NCBI GenBank assembly: GCA_964016885.1
Contig: OZ024741.1
Span: 1,550,001-1,614,000, forward strand
Reading direction: 5' to 3'
Origin: Eledone cirrhosa
Taxonomy: Eukaryota
Length of the DNA: 64,000 nt
Below, one piece after another: positions 1-12,766 of the stretch. Each line of letters opens with the position of its first letter. Within the stretch, counting starts at the first letter, position 1. The notes beneath the pieces were generated by a model that saw only the letters and a program-made list of their open reading frames with translations, searched no databases and was not told the origin of the DNA. The translations under genes and the position numbers were made by a program.

Positions 1-576
1 TTGAAAACAAGTCTATTTAAAGACTACGTAAAACAAGCAAATATTTCGTCGTTAGGCGTGCAGACAGACAGTCGTGCAGACAGACAGTCGTGCAGAGAGG
101 TGGTATACGCGTGCAGACAGACAGTCGTGCAGAGAGGTGATATAGGCGTGCAGACAGACAGTCGTGCAGAGAGGTGATATAGGCGTGCAGACAGACAGTC
201 GTGCAGAGAGGTGATATAGGCGTGCAGACAGACAGTCGTGCAGAGAGGTGATATAGGCGTGCAGACAGACATAACTGATAATTTGGTTACGCTAATGTTT
301 TTCTCTGCGTTGCAGTGTTTACATTTTCGATCTTTGTTAATAAATAACCAGTGCAGTTTCTATCCCCAGCATCCCCTTTTGTTATAACATTCGGGTTATC
401 GTTATGTTTTCTTAACTTCATAAGGCATATTGTTGGTTGAGGGAATATTAATCAAAAACATCACATGCAAGTCTGCACAGTAGACACTACAGTTTTTAAG
501 CCAAGAAAGAAACTTAACATTGTAACTTTAACACAGCTACTGAGCGACCCCGAGCAACGCCGGGCTTTACTGCTAG
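1..576 (+). mobile_element. Non-autonomous Helitron, copy 1 (3' part; 5' end lies outside the window)
   Basis: Ends in GC-rich hairpin CCCG-AGCAACGC-CGGG followed ~8 nt later by CTAG (573-576); near-identical to 944-1482. Confidence 0.8.
55..270. repeat. 37-bp minisatellite inside Helitron copy 1
   Basis: Unit gtgcagacagacagtcgtgcagagaggtgatataggc, ~5 units plus a partial. Confidence 0.95.
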
Positions 577-1482
577 TCTATATATATAAAACTGTGGTTG
601 TCTGTCTGTCTATCGATTTTTGGCACACATCTCCTCTTAGAATCTCTCACGGAATTGCACCGAAATTGCTATACTTGTACATTGAGCCCTAGCGAAGACA
701 TCGGAAAAAAAAAATTTCAAATTGACCCACCCTATGTGACGAAATCGAATATAATGTATCGATTTTTGAGCGTAAGTTATCAGTTATTTCCCTTTGTTCT
801 GTTTACATTGAGCGTCTTACGTAAAAAATTACGCTGGCTTTCTCAGCGTTTAAAATATTGACCTGCAAAATTCATCAGTTCGAACACTAAGCTTCCGTTT
901 TGCTTCATTTCCATTTAAAAGCATTTTAAAACAATATTTTTACTTGAAAACAAGTCTATTTAAAGACTACGTAAAACAAGCAAATATTTCGTCGTTAGGC
1001 GTGCAGACAGACAGTCGTGCAGACAGACAGTCGTGCAGAGAGGTGATATACGCGTGCAGACAGATAGTCGTGCAGAGAGGTGATATAGGCGTGCAGACAG
1101 ATAGTCGTGCAGAGAGGTGATATAGGCGTGCAGACAGACAGTCGTGCAGAGAGGTGATATAGGCGTGCAGACAGACATAACTGATAATTTGGTTACGCTA
1201 ATGTTTTTCTCTGCGTTGCAGTGTTTACATTTTCGATCTTTGTTAATAAATAACCAGTGCAGTTTCTATCCCCAGCATCCTCTTTTGTTATAACATTCGG
1301 GTTATCGTTATGTTTTCTTAACTTCATAAGGCATATTGTTGGTTGAGGGAATATTAATCAAAAACACCACATGCAAGTCTGCACAGTAGACACTACAGTT
1401 TTTAAGCCAAGAAAGAAACTTAACATTGTAACTTTAACACAGCTACTGAGCGACCCCGAGCAACGCCGGGCTTTACTGCTAG
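577..1482 (+). mobile_element. Non-autonomous Helitron, complete 906-bp copy 2
   Basis: Begins TCTATATATATAAAA at 577, ends hairpin + CTAG at 1479-1482 followed by T; no TSD and no coding capacity. These are canonical Helitron TC...CTRR termini. Confidence 0.85.
998..1176. repeat. 37-bp minisatellite inside Helitron copy 2 (one unit fewer)
   Basis: Offset between the two Helitron copies falls from 943 to 906 bp across the array, i.e. one 37-bp unit. Confidence 0.95.
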
Positions 1483-2214
1483 TATGCTTTATTTATCGAC
1501 CTCGAAATGATGAAATCCAAGTTGAACTGCCAACCTTCTACCGTCTCAATTCCTCACATAAACATACGAAATATTGATACAAAAATATTAAAAAAGCAGA
1601 TTAAATTATACGTTCGGTTGGCTGCCGAGTCCCTGCTGCCGAGGTTCTGCTGCCGAGGTCCTGCTGGCTGCGGAGGCCCAGCTGCCCACCAAGACCAACC
1701 CGGTCAACTGTCCAAGTGTTGGCCGGTCTCTGATAGGTTTGTGGTAGAGCCTGTAGCAGTGGAGACTTCCGTCATTCTTGACCACATCCCTACTCATTGC
1801 TATGGGAGCGGAATTGGCAGCCCGCCGGTGCGATCCCCAAGAAGTGGAGTGGCTGTTCCAGCACGCCTCTCTCGCCGTCCCCCGAGGGTAATGTATTCTC
1901 CCCCCTGACGGCCGGGCCCAGAGTTGGAGAGTATGTTAGTTAGTATTGGAGGATACTCGTGCTGCCGTCGCGTTCTCTCTTTTGTTTTATATTTATCGTC
2001 TTAAACACTATATAAATCTGTGCCAATGATTTTGATAGAAAACCTTAAAGCTATGCTGTGTAAAACCTATCGCATTGAAGGTGAAGGGCGATAAAGATTC
2101 GATAGAAACCCACGGCTTCTGAACCAAATATTATAAACACACACTAAGTATGGAAAACAGACGAAATAAGCATGAATATTAATCTGAAATATATAAATAT
2201 TGTATAAACTACAA

Positions 2215-2467
2215 AAACAACCGAGAGAAGACCGAGGGCTAAATACCGAGCAAGGTGGTTGGATAATTACCATGAGCTGGGCTGGTTTCGCTTGGGGATC
2301 TAGTCGGTCAGTGGGAGGTTGTTGCTTCTGATAGGGCCCGCTGGAAAGAGTGTTTGAGGACTCTACTCCCACGACCCTCTCAGGAATAAGTGGGAGTAAT
2401 TGGTGTGGGGAAGAAGAAGAAGAAGAAGAAGAAGAAGAAGAAGAAGAAGAAGAAGAAGAAGAAGAAA
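2215..2467 (+). mobile_element. 5'-truncated RTE-like LINE 3' end with (GAA)n tail
   Basis: Degenerate coding remnants RPR..RW.D and VASDR..WKECL, typical of RTE ORF C-termini, then (GAA)~19; homologous to 40748-41082. Confidence 0.65.
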
Positions 2468-2779
2468 CAGCTTCCAAAACATCTTACATTCAAACATAAT
2501 AATAATAGTAGTAATAATAATAATGATAATGCTTTCTTTATTAACCACAAGGGTTTACATAAAGTAGACATTAAGGACAGTACAGGACAACACAGGACGG
2601 TACAAATGGGCATTTCTGCGTGTAAAAAAACCCAGAAACAGAGGATGTAATAATAGAACAATGAAAAAATTCCCCAATAGGGGGGAGACTTCCAAGGGCC
2701 ATCGTGGAGAAAGCCCATTAAAAGCCACGGTGATGCTGACCACCAGAGCAATTGTCCTCTTCCAGTTTTCCCCCTTCAA

Positions 2780-5700
2780 TTACAGGCATATACTCAGAGT
2801 ATGTCCACTCACTGGGGCCATTCTTGCCTCTCTCACCCATCTTTCAACAAAAAGCTGGGAAAAGAGCACCTCCCTCTCTACCCTGATTTTCATTTTCAAA
2901 TGAAATTGGAAAAAGTTAATCAGGGCATCACCGAAGAGGTAAGTGCTCGTCTTCAGCCCTTTCAGACGTGTCCACCATACTATCTCTTTCGCCATGGCCA
3001 CCAGACAGATAAAAACTTCCTGCCCTTCCCGGCTAAAGGAAGAGGGCGGGGCAATCCTCACGATGGACTCAGATGATAGTCGGATCCGTTCTACATGCGA
3101 CAGCAGGTGTTCGACATAAACCCACAAGTCAGTAATGTTCGGACACTGGACGAGTGCGTGCAGACGGTTTCGTCGCCCTGCACGCATCTCGGAAATGCCC
3201 GGCTGACGGCACCTCCATGCCTGTAGAGTTTATCCCAAAATGGCAAAGCTACTCGGTAGCACTGCCAGGCCAGGGATTTCTGAAAGTTGTCCATAGGCCT
3301 CGGCCCGAAAGTTCTTCCAAAGAGATTGGCGAGTTGATTTTCGTCGACGCCTAGAGTTACCCCATGTACGTCGTCGCTCTTCCCCTCCACTAATCCTCTA
3401 TAGAACGCCAAGGTGGAGTTTCAACCGATCACATTGCCCGATTGGTCGAGGGCTGTGAGTGCCTGAAGACATTCCAGTCTCCAAGCGCTCCCTCTCGTTC
3501 TTCGCTTGACCCAGGACTGTAGCTCCGTCAAGGAGATGAGCTGGGGAAAGACGCGTCTAGCAAACGGCGACCACACCTGATCACCGTCGAGGAAGAGGTG
3601 GAGATGTAGCCTGAGCGCGTGTCTGTGTATCATTAGCCATGGCATGCCCAGCCCTCCACGTAGCGGGTGTTGACAGCAGATGGACCGCCTTACCATCGGA
3701 GCGCGTCCCTTCCACAAAAAGCGAAAGAGCAAACGCTTCAGCGCAGTCAGGCGAGGCTTAGGACAAGGTACGACGGTCAGGCGGTAGTAGATGACGGAGG
3801 CGATGTACGCGTTAGACACCCCCGCTCGACCTTTCAGGGATAGCTTCCTCTCCGCCCATTTCTGGGTGAGAGAAGCCACCCTGCTCGTCCCCTCGTCCCA
3901 GTTTTTGTTCGTCTGGAGGTCCGGACCGAACCAGACCCCTAACAATTTAACCGGTCCATCCATCCAGCGCCCGACGACGCTGTTGGACGGCATGGACCTG
4001 CCTCTCCAAGTGCCGATCTGCAGGCCCACTGACTTTTCCTGGTTGATCATTGCTCCTGTCACCGCTTCGTATTCTCTTAGTGTAGTGCCGATCGCCTCGA
4101 TGTGTTTGGCGTTCGACACCACTACGGTGACATCGTCCGCATATGCTGACACGGATCTTCCGCATCCTAGTTCGCACAGAACCCCCCTCAACGTCTCCAG
4201 TTTGTGCAGTAATGGCTCGAGGGTCAATACGTACAAGAGGGTGAGAGGGGACATCCTTGGCGGACCGAGCGCGGTATGTTGAACGGTTCCGAAAGGTGAC
4301 CGTTCACTCTCACCACAGAGCAGATGTCGCTGTGCATGGCAGCGATCCAGCCCCTGAAGACGGGCCCAAAGCCAGCCGCCCTCAGGACTGCCGCTAGGTA
4401 ACGATGGTCGACCCTATCGAAAGCTTTCGACTGATCTAAATTGATCAAGGACCCACCCGTGCCAGGTTCCCTAGCTACCCTCTCCACGATGTATCGTATG
4501 AGGTAGGGGTTGTCGTGGATGGATCTGTCGGGAATGGCGCATGTCTGCGCCTCTCCTACCATACCACTAACGACAAGCGCCAACCTCTTTGCTAGCACCT
4601 AGGCCAAAATCTTGAACTCTGTGTTTAGCAGAGTTATGGGCCTGAAATTATCTATGTTATCCCCCTTATTCAGATCCTTTCTCAGAAGCGCCACCGCTCC
4701 TCGGCTCACAGAGCTAGGAATTCTCCTGTTCTGTTGCCAGTTACAGTAGACGTCCGCCAAGAGGCCTCCGAACAAGTCTGTACGTAAAGTTCATAGGGCA
4801 GACCATCCAAACCAGGCGATTTACCCCTTGTGCAGTCAGTCATTGCCTCCAGTACTTCAGCGGCTGTTATCGGCTTTTCGCAATACTCTGCCTCAGTGGC
4901 CGAGAGCCGCGGCACTCCGTCGAGGTAGACACTAAAGTCCATCACTCGATCCGGCCCGCCGCTGCCCCCGAACAGCTGAGCGAAGTGTCGCTGAAAAGCT
5001 TCTCACATTTTCCCGGGATCGAGTAGCATGCGCCCGTCGTGGTCCACCAAAGACCGGATCATGGTTTTGATGCCACGACGCGCCTCCGCCACTCGGCCCC
5101 ATTGAACGGCTTTCGTCCCCTCGTGTCTGAGAGCACGCGCCCTAGCTCTGACAACGCAGCCTTCGTGCTTTGCATTGAAGAATTGGTCAAGGGCCAATTT
5201 CGCCGCAAGTACGTCGGTCGCGATGCCTTTGCTAAGCGCCTCCTCTAATTTTCTAACTAGTTCTTCCTCTGCTCTATTTTTCTCTATAGCTAAAGCCTTA
5301 CTAAACCTAATGGACTCTATTCTAATCGCTCTTTTCAGAGCAAACCACCACTTGTTGTTGACGATGGCCCCCGTCAACGCCCGCTTAACTAGTTCGCTAA
5401 TCCGGTCTCTGTAGGCCTTGCGCGCTAGTAAGGACGCGTTTAGCTTCCAGTAGCCGGGTCCTCGTCTATGAAGCCTATCTAAGTCAACCACACAGATCAC
5501 AAATTTGTGGTCCGTGTAGCTGACTATCCTGAATTGTGGACAGCCTATGCTAGACCTATCTATTTCTCTACAAATTACTCTATCTAGATATGATCTGGAT
5601 GACCCGATGCGGTTTGTGAAAGTCCACATTGGCACATTCGGCAAATCCAATCGGTACCTGTCAGACAGTTCAAAACGCCTGAGCAGGTTGGTGAGGCTCT

Positions 5701-6187
5701 TGCACCCTCCTCCCCTATCCGCTAATCCCACACAGTCCCAGCGTACATCTAAGATCCCGTTCCAGTCGCCCACTAACACTAAAGAGCGGGACGTTCCAAG
5801 AAAGGTCTCCAGACGCCGGAAGAAATCAGGCCGCCCTGCTCTTGTCGGGGAATAGACAACCACTAGCCTGAAAGCTTGCCCGTCTCCGCTGGTCACGTCC
5901 AGCAGCACCAACTTACCTTCTGGGTCCAGGAAGATGGCCCGTATGGCGAGATCCAAACCTTTCCGAAAAAGCACAACAACTCTTCCCCCCGATTCAGGAC
6001 GGCTGGGAGATGCATACACATCGTAGCCGCCGAAGATCGGTACGAAGGCCCGTGCTTCGGAGATTCTGGTCTCGCTGGTGGCCACTACATCTATGTTTAA
6101 TGACCTGAGGTCGTTGAGCAGGTGGCCCTGCTTCCATGACGACGCCAAGCCACGCGCATTTATGCTGCCTATTCTGAGTGAGGTCAT
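2780..6187 (-). pseudogene. Tx1 ORF2 (APE endonuclease + reverse transcriptase), frameshifted
   Basis: SINARGL, SET, GDWN, SYLDR, TDHK (APE); GYWKLN; KSPGLDGLPYE, LDQSKAFDRVDH, VRQGCPLSP, AYADD (RT); C..C....ET..H....C. Confidence 0.93.
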
Positions 6188-6221
6188 GTTGAAAAGGAGT
6201 GGAAAAGATGGGAAAGACCAC

Positions 6222-7878
6222 TTACCTTACTTCTCGTAGAGGAAGGATGGTTTCTCCATCTTTTTCACTGCTTGTGGCCTCCTCCGGAAGGATGTCCTTA
6301 TAAATCCTCCTGGAGAGTGCTTGTCGGAAGTCTCCGATGTCTTTGGGGAATTTTTGTTTTAGTGTCGTGTACGTTTTCTGTGTGATGCGAGTGATTTTTA
6401 TGTGTGGAGGTGGTGTGAATTTTTGGGGTGTTGTGTAGTCTTTTTCTGTGATGCTGGTGTTGTGTTGGATGTAGTGTAATAATTGGTTGTTGTTCAAATT
6501 TAGTGCTGTGTAGTGTGTATCGTTTTGGTTGTTTTGTTTTGTTTGCGTTTGTTGTGGGTTTGTTTCTGTTGAACTTTTTGGTGACTTTTGTGGTGTTGGT
6601 GATGGTGGTGTTGGGGTTAATGATGGTGATGGTGTTGGTGTTTGTGGTGATGGGGTTGGTGATGCTGGTGTGGATAGTGGCATAGCTGTCCTAACGTTTT
6701 TGTTTGTTAGTTTATTTGTTTCCCCCTGTATTTTGTTTATGGAGGGGGAAGGAAGAGGATTTTTTCTTTTTTGGGATCTTTTTCTTTTTGTCTTTTTTCC
6801 TGATACAGTTTCCCACTCCTCGTCGTCACAATCTGTCTCCAGTTGCGATAGGTCGGGGAGTGGAAAATCCTCCACGGGCGTTGGTTTTGGTTGTGGCGTG
6901 GTGGATGGTGGAGGCGCTGGTGCTAGTTCTGGCGCGGTGGGTGGTGGTGGTGTTGGTTTTGCTACTGTTGCCGGGGTTGTTGCTGCTACAGTTGCTTCTG
7001 TTGTTGCTGCTACAGTTGTTGCTGCCATTTCTGCTGCTGGTGGTGTTGATGGTTGAGTCACTGGGGTGGATAAGAGAGGTGGCCTCAACTTTTTAGCCTG
7101 AGGGCAGAAAGCCTTTAGGTGGGTTCGTTCACCACAAATGACACACCTAGGCCTTCTACCCTCAACGATTACGGTGAGGTGGCTGCCGTCAGCGAGGTCT
7201 ATCACCTCTGGGATTTCTTCAATGTTTTTTTGGTCCGCTTGGATCAGGAGCTCCATCCCAGATCCTGACCAGTTCTCCTGCTTTTCTTTTGTTACCTCAA
7301 TTATTTTCGTGTTGGCCTCGATGCCGGCGAGGACGGCAGCCATTAGCTAGGGAATTTCGATGGCCGGTGGAACGTGGGTCACCCTGATCTTCACGAGTCT
7401 CTGTCCACAAGAGCTTGGGACGAGTGTGAAGTCGTCGCTTCTTAATGGGACCATGGAGTGCTCTGTGGCTTTCTGTGGTGTTCCAAAGAACACGTCCGAT
7501 AGGACACGGTGCTTAGGCGCCGATGCTCCATTTTATTAGGCGTGTGTGTAGGGTGTGTGGGGGGGCGTGGAGGCTGACTCTGTACCCATCTGTTTTTACC
7601 ATTCTCTTGGCTTCATTTAATTCATCCTGGCTTACCTCGATTGTTTCGCATTTCTTAGCTGCTTTGGCAAATGATACATTTGCGCTGGTCATTGTTGCTG
7701 TTGTTGTTATTGTTATTTTTGTTCTTGTTATTTTTAGTTTCAGTTGTGGTGGTGGTGGCGTCAGTGGTGTTCGGTGTGGAAGAGTCGATTCTGGGTGAAT
7801 CCATTTCGATGTCACGAGATAATAATTTTTTTTTGTTTCTGTTGTCGCTGTGGTGGTGTGGGGTGGCGGCTTTAACAC
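6222..7878 (-). pseudogene. Tx1 ORF1 (gag-like nucleic-acid-binding protein), broken
   Basis: CVICGERTHLKAFC = C-x2-C-x4-H-x4-C zinc knuckle, SFA..AKK motif and Pro/Thr-rich linker; split over ORFs 7513-7878 and 6222-7343. Confidence 0.8.
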
Positions 7879-8269
7879 CTGCAGCTATTGGTAATGGCGG
7901 GAAATGAATGTCTGCATGAGACAAATTAAAATTATTGCTACTGCTTATACTTTTAGTGTTGGCAAACGTGTAGTAATATTTGCAATGGTGGTGTTGGTGT
8001 GAGGTGTTAGTTTGTGAGGAAGGCTGTCAGCTTGGTGTGGCTGTGAGTCGTCCATGATTTTTTCAAAGAAAGTTTTTGTTTGATAATTATAAAAGTTAAA
8101 ATTTTGGGCTCAAGGCCCCAATCTTTTTGAGTGTCCTTTTCAGAAAGCAATATATGTGAACTTATAAACACGTAACAACAAACATTTTCCATAACTGGCA
8201 ATTTGAAACAATTGAAAACAACAAACCTTTGCGGAGCTCACGATAATACGATTTCCTACGTAGGTCGGC

Positions 8270-8311
<42 letters not shown>

Positions 8312-8312
<1 letters not shown>

Positions 8313-9640
8313 GGAAATTGACTCTGAGGAAGGATACAAGTATTTGGGCGTTCTGGAGGCTGATGGCATAAAGAACAAAAAAATGAAGGAATTGTTAAGA
8401 ACTGAATACATTCGGAGAGTAAGGAGCGTATTGAAGTCACATCTGAACAGCAGAAATGCCATAAGCGCAGTAAATTCCCGAGCTGTGTCTATTATTAGGT
8501 ACAGTGCGGGAATTCTGAGATGGAATGTTGCTGAACAAAAAGAAATGGATAGGAAGACTAGGAAGCTATTGACTATCTACAACATGTTCCACAAGAGGAG
8601 TGATGTCGATAGACTCTACCTAAGGAGATCTGAGGGTGGAAGAGGTCTTATCAGCATAGAGGACTGTGTTCAGATGGAGAAAAACAACCTATACAAATAC
8701 GTGACCTATAGTAAGGAGCCAATGCTCAAAACTGTACTGAAGGAGGCGACAGTAGGCCAGGGGATGTCCAAGGAGGAAATAACATCAAGGAGGAAGAGCA
8801 GCCTTAAGGGAAAATCCCTTCATAGTACCTTCTTTGAGAAAACTGAATTTAGAGATCCACAGACATGGAACTGGTTGAGAAGAGGAGACCTCAAAAAGGC
8901 TACAGAAGGAATGATAATGGCTGCGCAGGAGCAGGCCCTCAAAACGAAGTGGTTGAAGCACCATATTTACAAGGAGGAGGCTAGCCCACTGTGCAGGATC
9001 TGTGGAGAGAGAGAGGAGACTGTGGCTCACATTGTGTCCGAGTGTAAACACCTAGCCCAGACCCACTATAAGGGCTGGAGACACGATGTGATGGGCAGGG
9101 TGATCCACTGGCACCTGTGCAAAGTAAACAATTTACCACATTCTGAGAAATGGTATGAGCATAGGCCGGAGGCGGTGATGGAGAACAATCAGGTGAAGGT
9201 GCTGTGGGATTTTAGGATACAGACGGACAAAAAACTGGAACACAATAGACCTGACCTGGTGGTTGTGGACAAAGAAAAAAGATCGTGTCTGATTGTGGAT
9301 GTGGCCTGCCCGTTCGACACGAGAGTGCAAGAGAAGGAGAGGGAGAAAATTAACCGATACCAGGACCTAAAGTGGGAGGTGAAAAGGATTTGGAACTGCC
9401 ATGAAGTCAAAGTGATCCCGATTGTCATAGGCGCACTGGGGACTATCTCCAAAAGTTTCCAGGGATGGTTAAAGAAAATCGGCCCCTTCACGCTTTTTGG
9501 AACGCTTCAAAAGGCATGCTTGCTTGGAACAGCAAGAACCCTCCGATACGTCCTGAATATCTGAGGCTGCAGGTAGTGGCTTGATATTCATTCCAACGGA
9601 CTTTCCAGTTAACCAACATCAATGACTGAGATTCAAGGAA
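8312..9640 (+). mobile_element. 5'-truncated R4/Dong-type non-LTR retrotransposon inserted in (TAA)n
   Basis: Begins just before YKYLG; flanked on both sides by (TAA)n (8269-8311 and 9640-9710); short 3' UTR. Confidence 0.85.
8344..9564 (+). CDS. C-terminal part of R4/Dong ORF: RT thumb, CCHC finger, restriction-like endonuclease (no native start)
   Basis: Uninterrupted 406-aa frame: GGRGL, AAQEQAL, CRICGEREETVAHIVSEC, RHD, RPDLVV...D..CP...E.EK..RY, PIVIGALG. Confidence 0.85.
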   Translation: MGVLEADGIKNKKMKELLRTEYIRRVRSVLKSHLNSRNAISAVNSRAVSIIRYSAGILRWNVAEQKEMDRKTRKLLTIYNMFHKRSDVDRLYLRRSEGGRGLISIEDCVQMEKNNLYKYVTYSKEPMLKTVLKEATVGQGMSKEEITSRRKSSLKGKSLHSTFFEKTEFRDPQTWNWLRRGDLKKATEGMIMAAQEQALKTKWLKHHIYKEEASPLCRICGEREETVAHIVSECKHLAQTHYKGWRHDVMGRVIHWHLCKVNNLPHSEKWYEHRPEAVMENNQVKVLWDFRIQTDKKLEHNRPDLVVVDKEKRSCLIVDVACPFDTRVQEKEREKINRYQDLKWEVKRIWNCHEVKVIPIVIGALGTISKSFQGWLKKIGPFTLFGTLQKACLLGTARTLRYVLNI

Positions 9641-9647
9641 TAACAAC

Positions 9648-9709
<62 letters not shown>

Positions 9710-9711
9710 TG

Positions 9712-12370
9712 ATTTCATTTATTAGCCACAAGGGCCGACATGTAGGGGACAATACAAAGACAGGGACAGTGGGGGTTTACAATAAGGTCGAGTAAAAGTG
9801 CACAATGGCAAGATTAATTTAACAATGAAGATATAAAAAATATAAAATAAACTATGCATAAATATAACAAAATAAATTCCCCGATAGGGGGTGGACGACC
9901 CTGGGGTGACTCGGGTACCCCACCAATCCTGAACCACCCTGCGCTTCTAGGGCACCCAGGGAGAGCACCCATCTCCTCAAGTTAGCTAGCCTATAGGCGC
10001 ATGGTCAGAGTAGGCCCATTCACACGGGCCATTCTCGCCACATTCATTCACCTTTTAGCAAATGTATGGGGGGGGGGGGGGCAGCAACACTTCTCTCTCC
10101 ACCCTCACCTTCTTTTCCAGGTGAAACTTGTAGAAGTTGATGAGGGATTGGCCGAAGAGAAAAGTGTCTGTCTTCAGTCCTTTTAATCTGGTCCACCATA
10201 TAACCTCTTTCGCAACTGCCACCAGACAGAGGAAAATTTCCTGCTCTTCCTGATCTAAGGAAAGCGGCGTTTCGATCTTCACTATGGACTCGGCCGATAG
10301 CCGGATTCGTTCCACACGCGACAGTAGCTGTTCGACATAACTCCACAAGTCAGTAATGCACGGACATTAGACAAGTGTGTGCAGAACGGTTTCGTCGTTC
10401 TGTGCGCATCTTGGACAGGTCCGTCTGATAGCACTTCTGTGCTTGTAGAGTTTATCCCGAACCGGCAGTGCCCCCCGGTAGCACTGCCAAGCGAGGGATT
10501 TCTGGAAATTGTCCATCGTCCCCGGCTCGAAAGTCCTCCGGTACATACTGGTCAGTTTGACTTCGTCGAGGCCCAAAGCTTCTCCGAGTGCGTCATCGCA
10601 CTTGCCCACCACTAATGCTCTATAGAACTCGAGAGTGGAAGTTCCACTGATCGCATTGCCCGCTTGGTAGAGAGCAGTGAGTGCCTGGCAACATTCCAGG
10701 TGCCAGTCACCCAGTCTCGGTCTCTTCTTGATCCAGGACTGCAGCTCAGTCAAAGAAACGAGCTGCGGAAAGGCCCGTCTGATAAACGGCGACCACACCT
10801 GTTCACCGTTTAGGCAGAATATCTGGAGATGACGCAGCCTCAACGCATGTCGGCGCATCATTAGCTATGGCATGCCCAGCCCTCCGCGTAGAGGGTGCTG
10901 GCAGCAGATGGACCACCTCACCAACGGAACTTGTCCCCTCCACAAGAATTTGAAGAGGAGCCATTCCAACTTGACGAGGCGCGGACGGGGGCAAGGCACG
11001 ACGATCAGGCGGTAGTAGATGACGGACGCGATGTACGCATTCGCCACCTCCGCGCGACCTTTCAGTGATAGCTTCCTCCCAGCCCATTGTTGGGGAGACT
11101 GGCTACTCTGTTCGTTACCTCGTCCCAATTCTTTTCCACCTGGAGGTCTGGTTCGAACCAAACCCCGAGCAACTTAACCGGTCCGTCCGTCCAGCGCCCC
11201 ACGACGCTATTGGACGGCATAGGATTGTCTCTCTAGGTTCCGAGCTGCAAGCCCACCGACTTTTCCGGGTTAAGTTTGGCTCCTGTCAACCTTTCATATT
11301 CCTTCAATAAGGTGCCGACCACCTCGATTTCTGAGGTGTCCGACACTATCACGATGATGTCGTCCGCAGAAGCCGACACCGCCTTTCCACGTCGCGGTTC
11401 GAGCGGGATGCCCTGCAACAGCTCCAGCTTCCGCAGTAAAGGCTAGAGAGTCAATACTTACAGAAGGGAAGAGAGAGGGCACCCTTGACGGACCGGTCCG
11501 GAGAGTCGAAATGGTTCCTATAGGTGGCCATTAACCTTGACCACCGAGCGTGTGCTGCTGTGCATTGTAGCAATCCAGCTTCTGAAGACAGGGTCGAAGC
11601 CAGCCGCTTTGAGGACAAACTCCAGATACCGATGGTCGACCCTATCGAATGCTTTCGATTGATCTAAATTGATCAGTGCCCCACCGAAGCCAGGTTTACA
11701 CCACACCCTCTCTATGATGTATCGCATGAGGTGAAGATTGTCGTGTATGGACCTGGATGGGATTGCGCAAGTTTGTGCTTCCCCTACCAAATCCTCGACG
11801 ACAAGCGCCAATCTCTTTGCTAACACCTTGGCCAAAATCTTAAACTCTGGGTTGAGATGAGTTATGTGCCTGAAGTTGTCTAATGTATCCCTCTTGTTCT
11901 CGTCTTTCCTTATCAGCATCACCACTCCCCTGCTCACAGAACTGGGAATACTCCCATTCTGCTGCCAGTTTCAGTAGAGTACTTCGAGGAGATCGGAGAA
12001 CAAGTCTGGCATATTTACGTAAAGCTCGTAGGGCAGGCCATCCAAACCGGGTGACCTGCGCCTCATGTAGCCGACAAGGGCATCCTGAATTTCGGCTGAA
12101 GTAATCAGCCTTTCGCAGTCTCAGCGTCGACCGTCGAGATGCACGGCAAGCCGTCAAGTTAGTGACTGAAATCCGCTACTCTCTCTCTGACTCGCCACTC
12201 TCCCCGAACAACCGAGGAAAGTGCTGGCGAAAGGCCTCACACATCTGCTTGGAATCGCTTATCTCGTATCCGTCTCGGTCCGCCAAAAACCGAATTGTGA
12301 TTTTATTACCACGCTGCGCCTCCGCCACGCGGGCCCATCAAACAGCTTTGGTTCCCTCGTTTCTTAGCGC
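9712..12370 (-). mobile_element. Tx1-type LINE copy B, 5'-truncated
   Basis: RT pieces (DQSKAFDRVDH, ADD, LSLKGR, GGLGMP, CPRC..NDETVLH) homologous to copy A; 3' end abuts (ATT)n. Confidence 0.9.
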
Positions 12371-12387
12371 AAATAATAATAATAATG

Positions 12388-12766
12388 ATTTCTTTATTGG
12401 CCACAAGAGCTGACATCAAGAAAAACATTACAGACGGCACAGGACGGTACAGGACGGTACGATGTGGGTTTTGTGCGTGTAAAGGTTTTTATTATTTATA
12501 TAAGAAAAGAAAAAAAGACATAGAAACATATATATATATAAACAATAAAAATGAAAATTGAAACAATGAAAAATTCCCCAATAGGGGGGAAACCTCCGAG
12601 GGTTACACGTGGTGAAAACCACACAAAGGCCACGGCCACCCTGACCACCAGGGCAAGCGCCCTCTCTCAATGTTTTCATTCCTCAAACTACAAGCGTATA
12701 TTCAGAGCGGTCCCGTTCACTCGGACCATTCTCGCTACATTCACCCACCTATCAACAAACTTGCTA
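12388..12766 (-). mobile_element. Tx1-type LINE copy C, ~380-bp 3' fragment
   Basis: Same 3' terminus (cttgtggccaataaagaaatc + ATT repeats) and ORF2 C-terminus. Confidence 0.8.

Larger units (their letters stand above)
2531..8268 (-). mobile_element. Near full-length L1/Tx1-type LINE, copy A (frameshifted)
   Basis: ORF1 with CCHC knuckle, ORF2 with APE endonuclease + RT + C-terminal Cys/His motif; AATAAA and (ATT)n at the 3' end, (ATT)n at the 5' flank. Confidence 0.92.

Noticed and set aside
55-1176. 37-bp repeats as CRISPR, and their minus-strand ORFs
   Set aside because: No spacers; they are an internal minisatellite of a Helitron.
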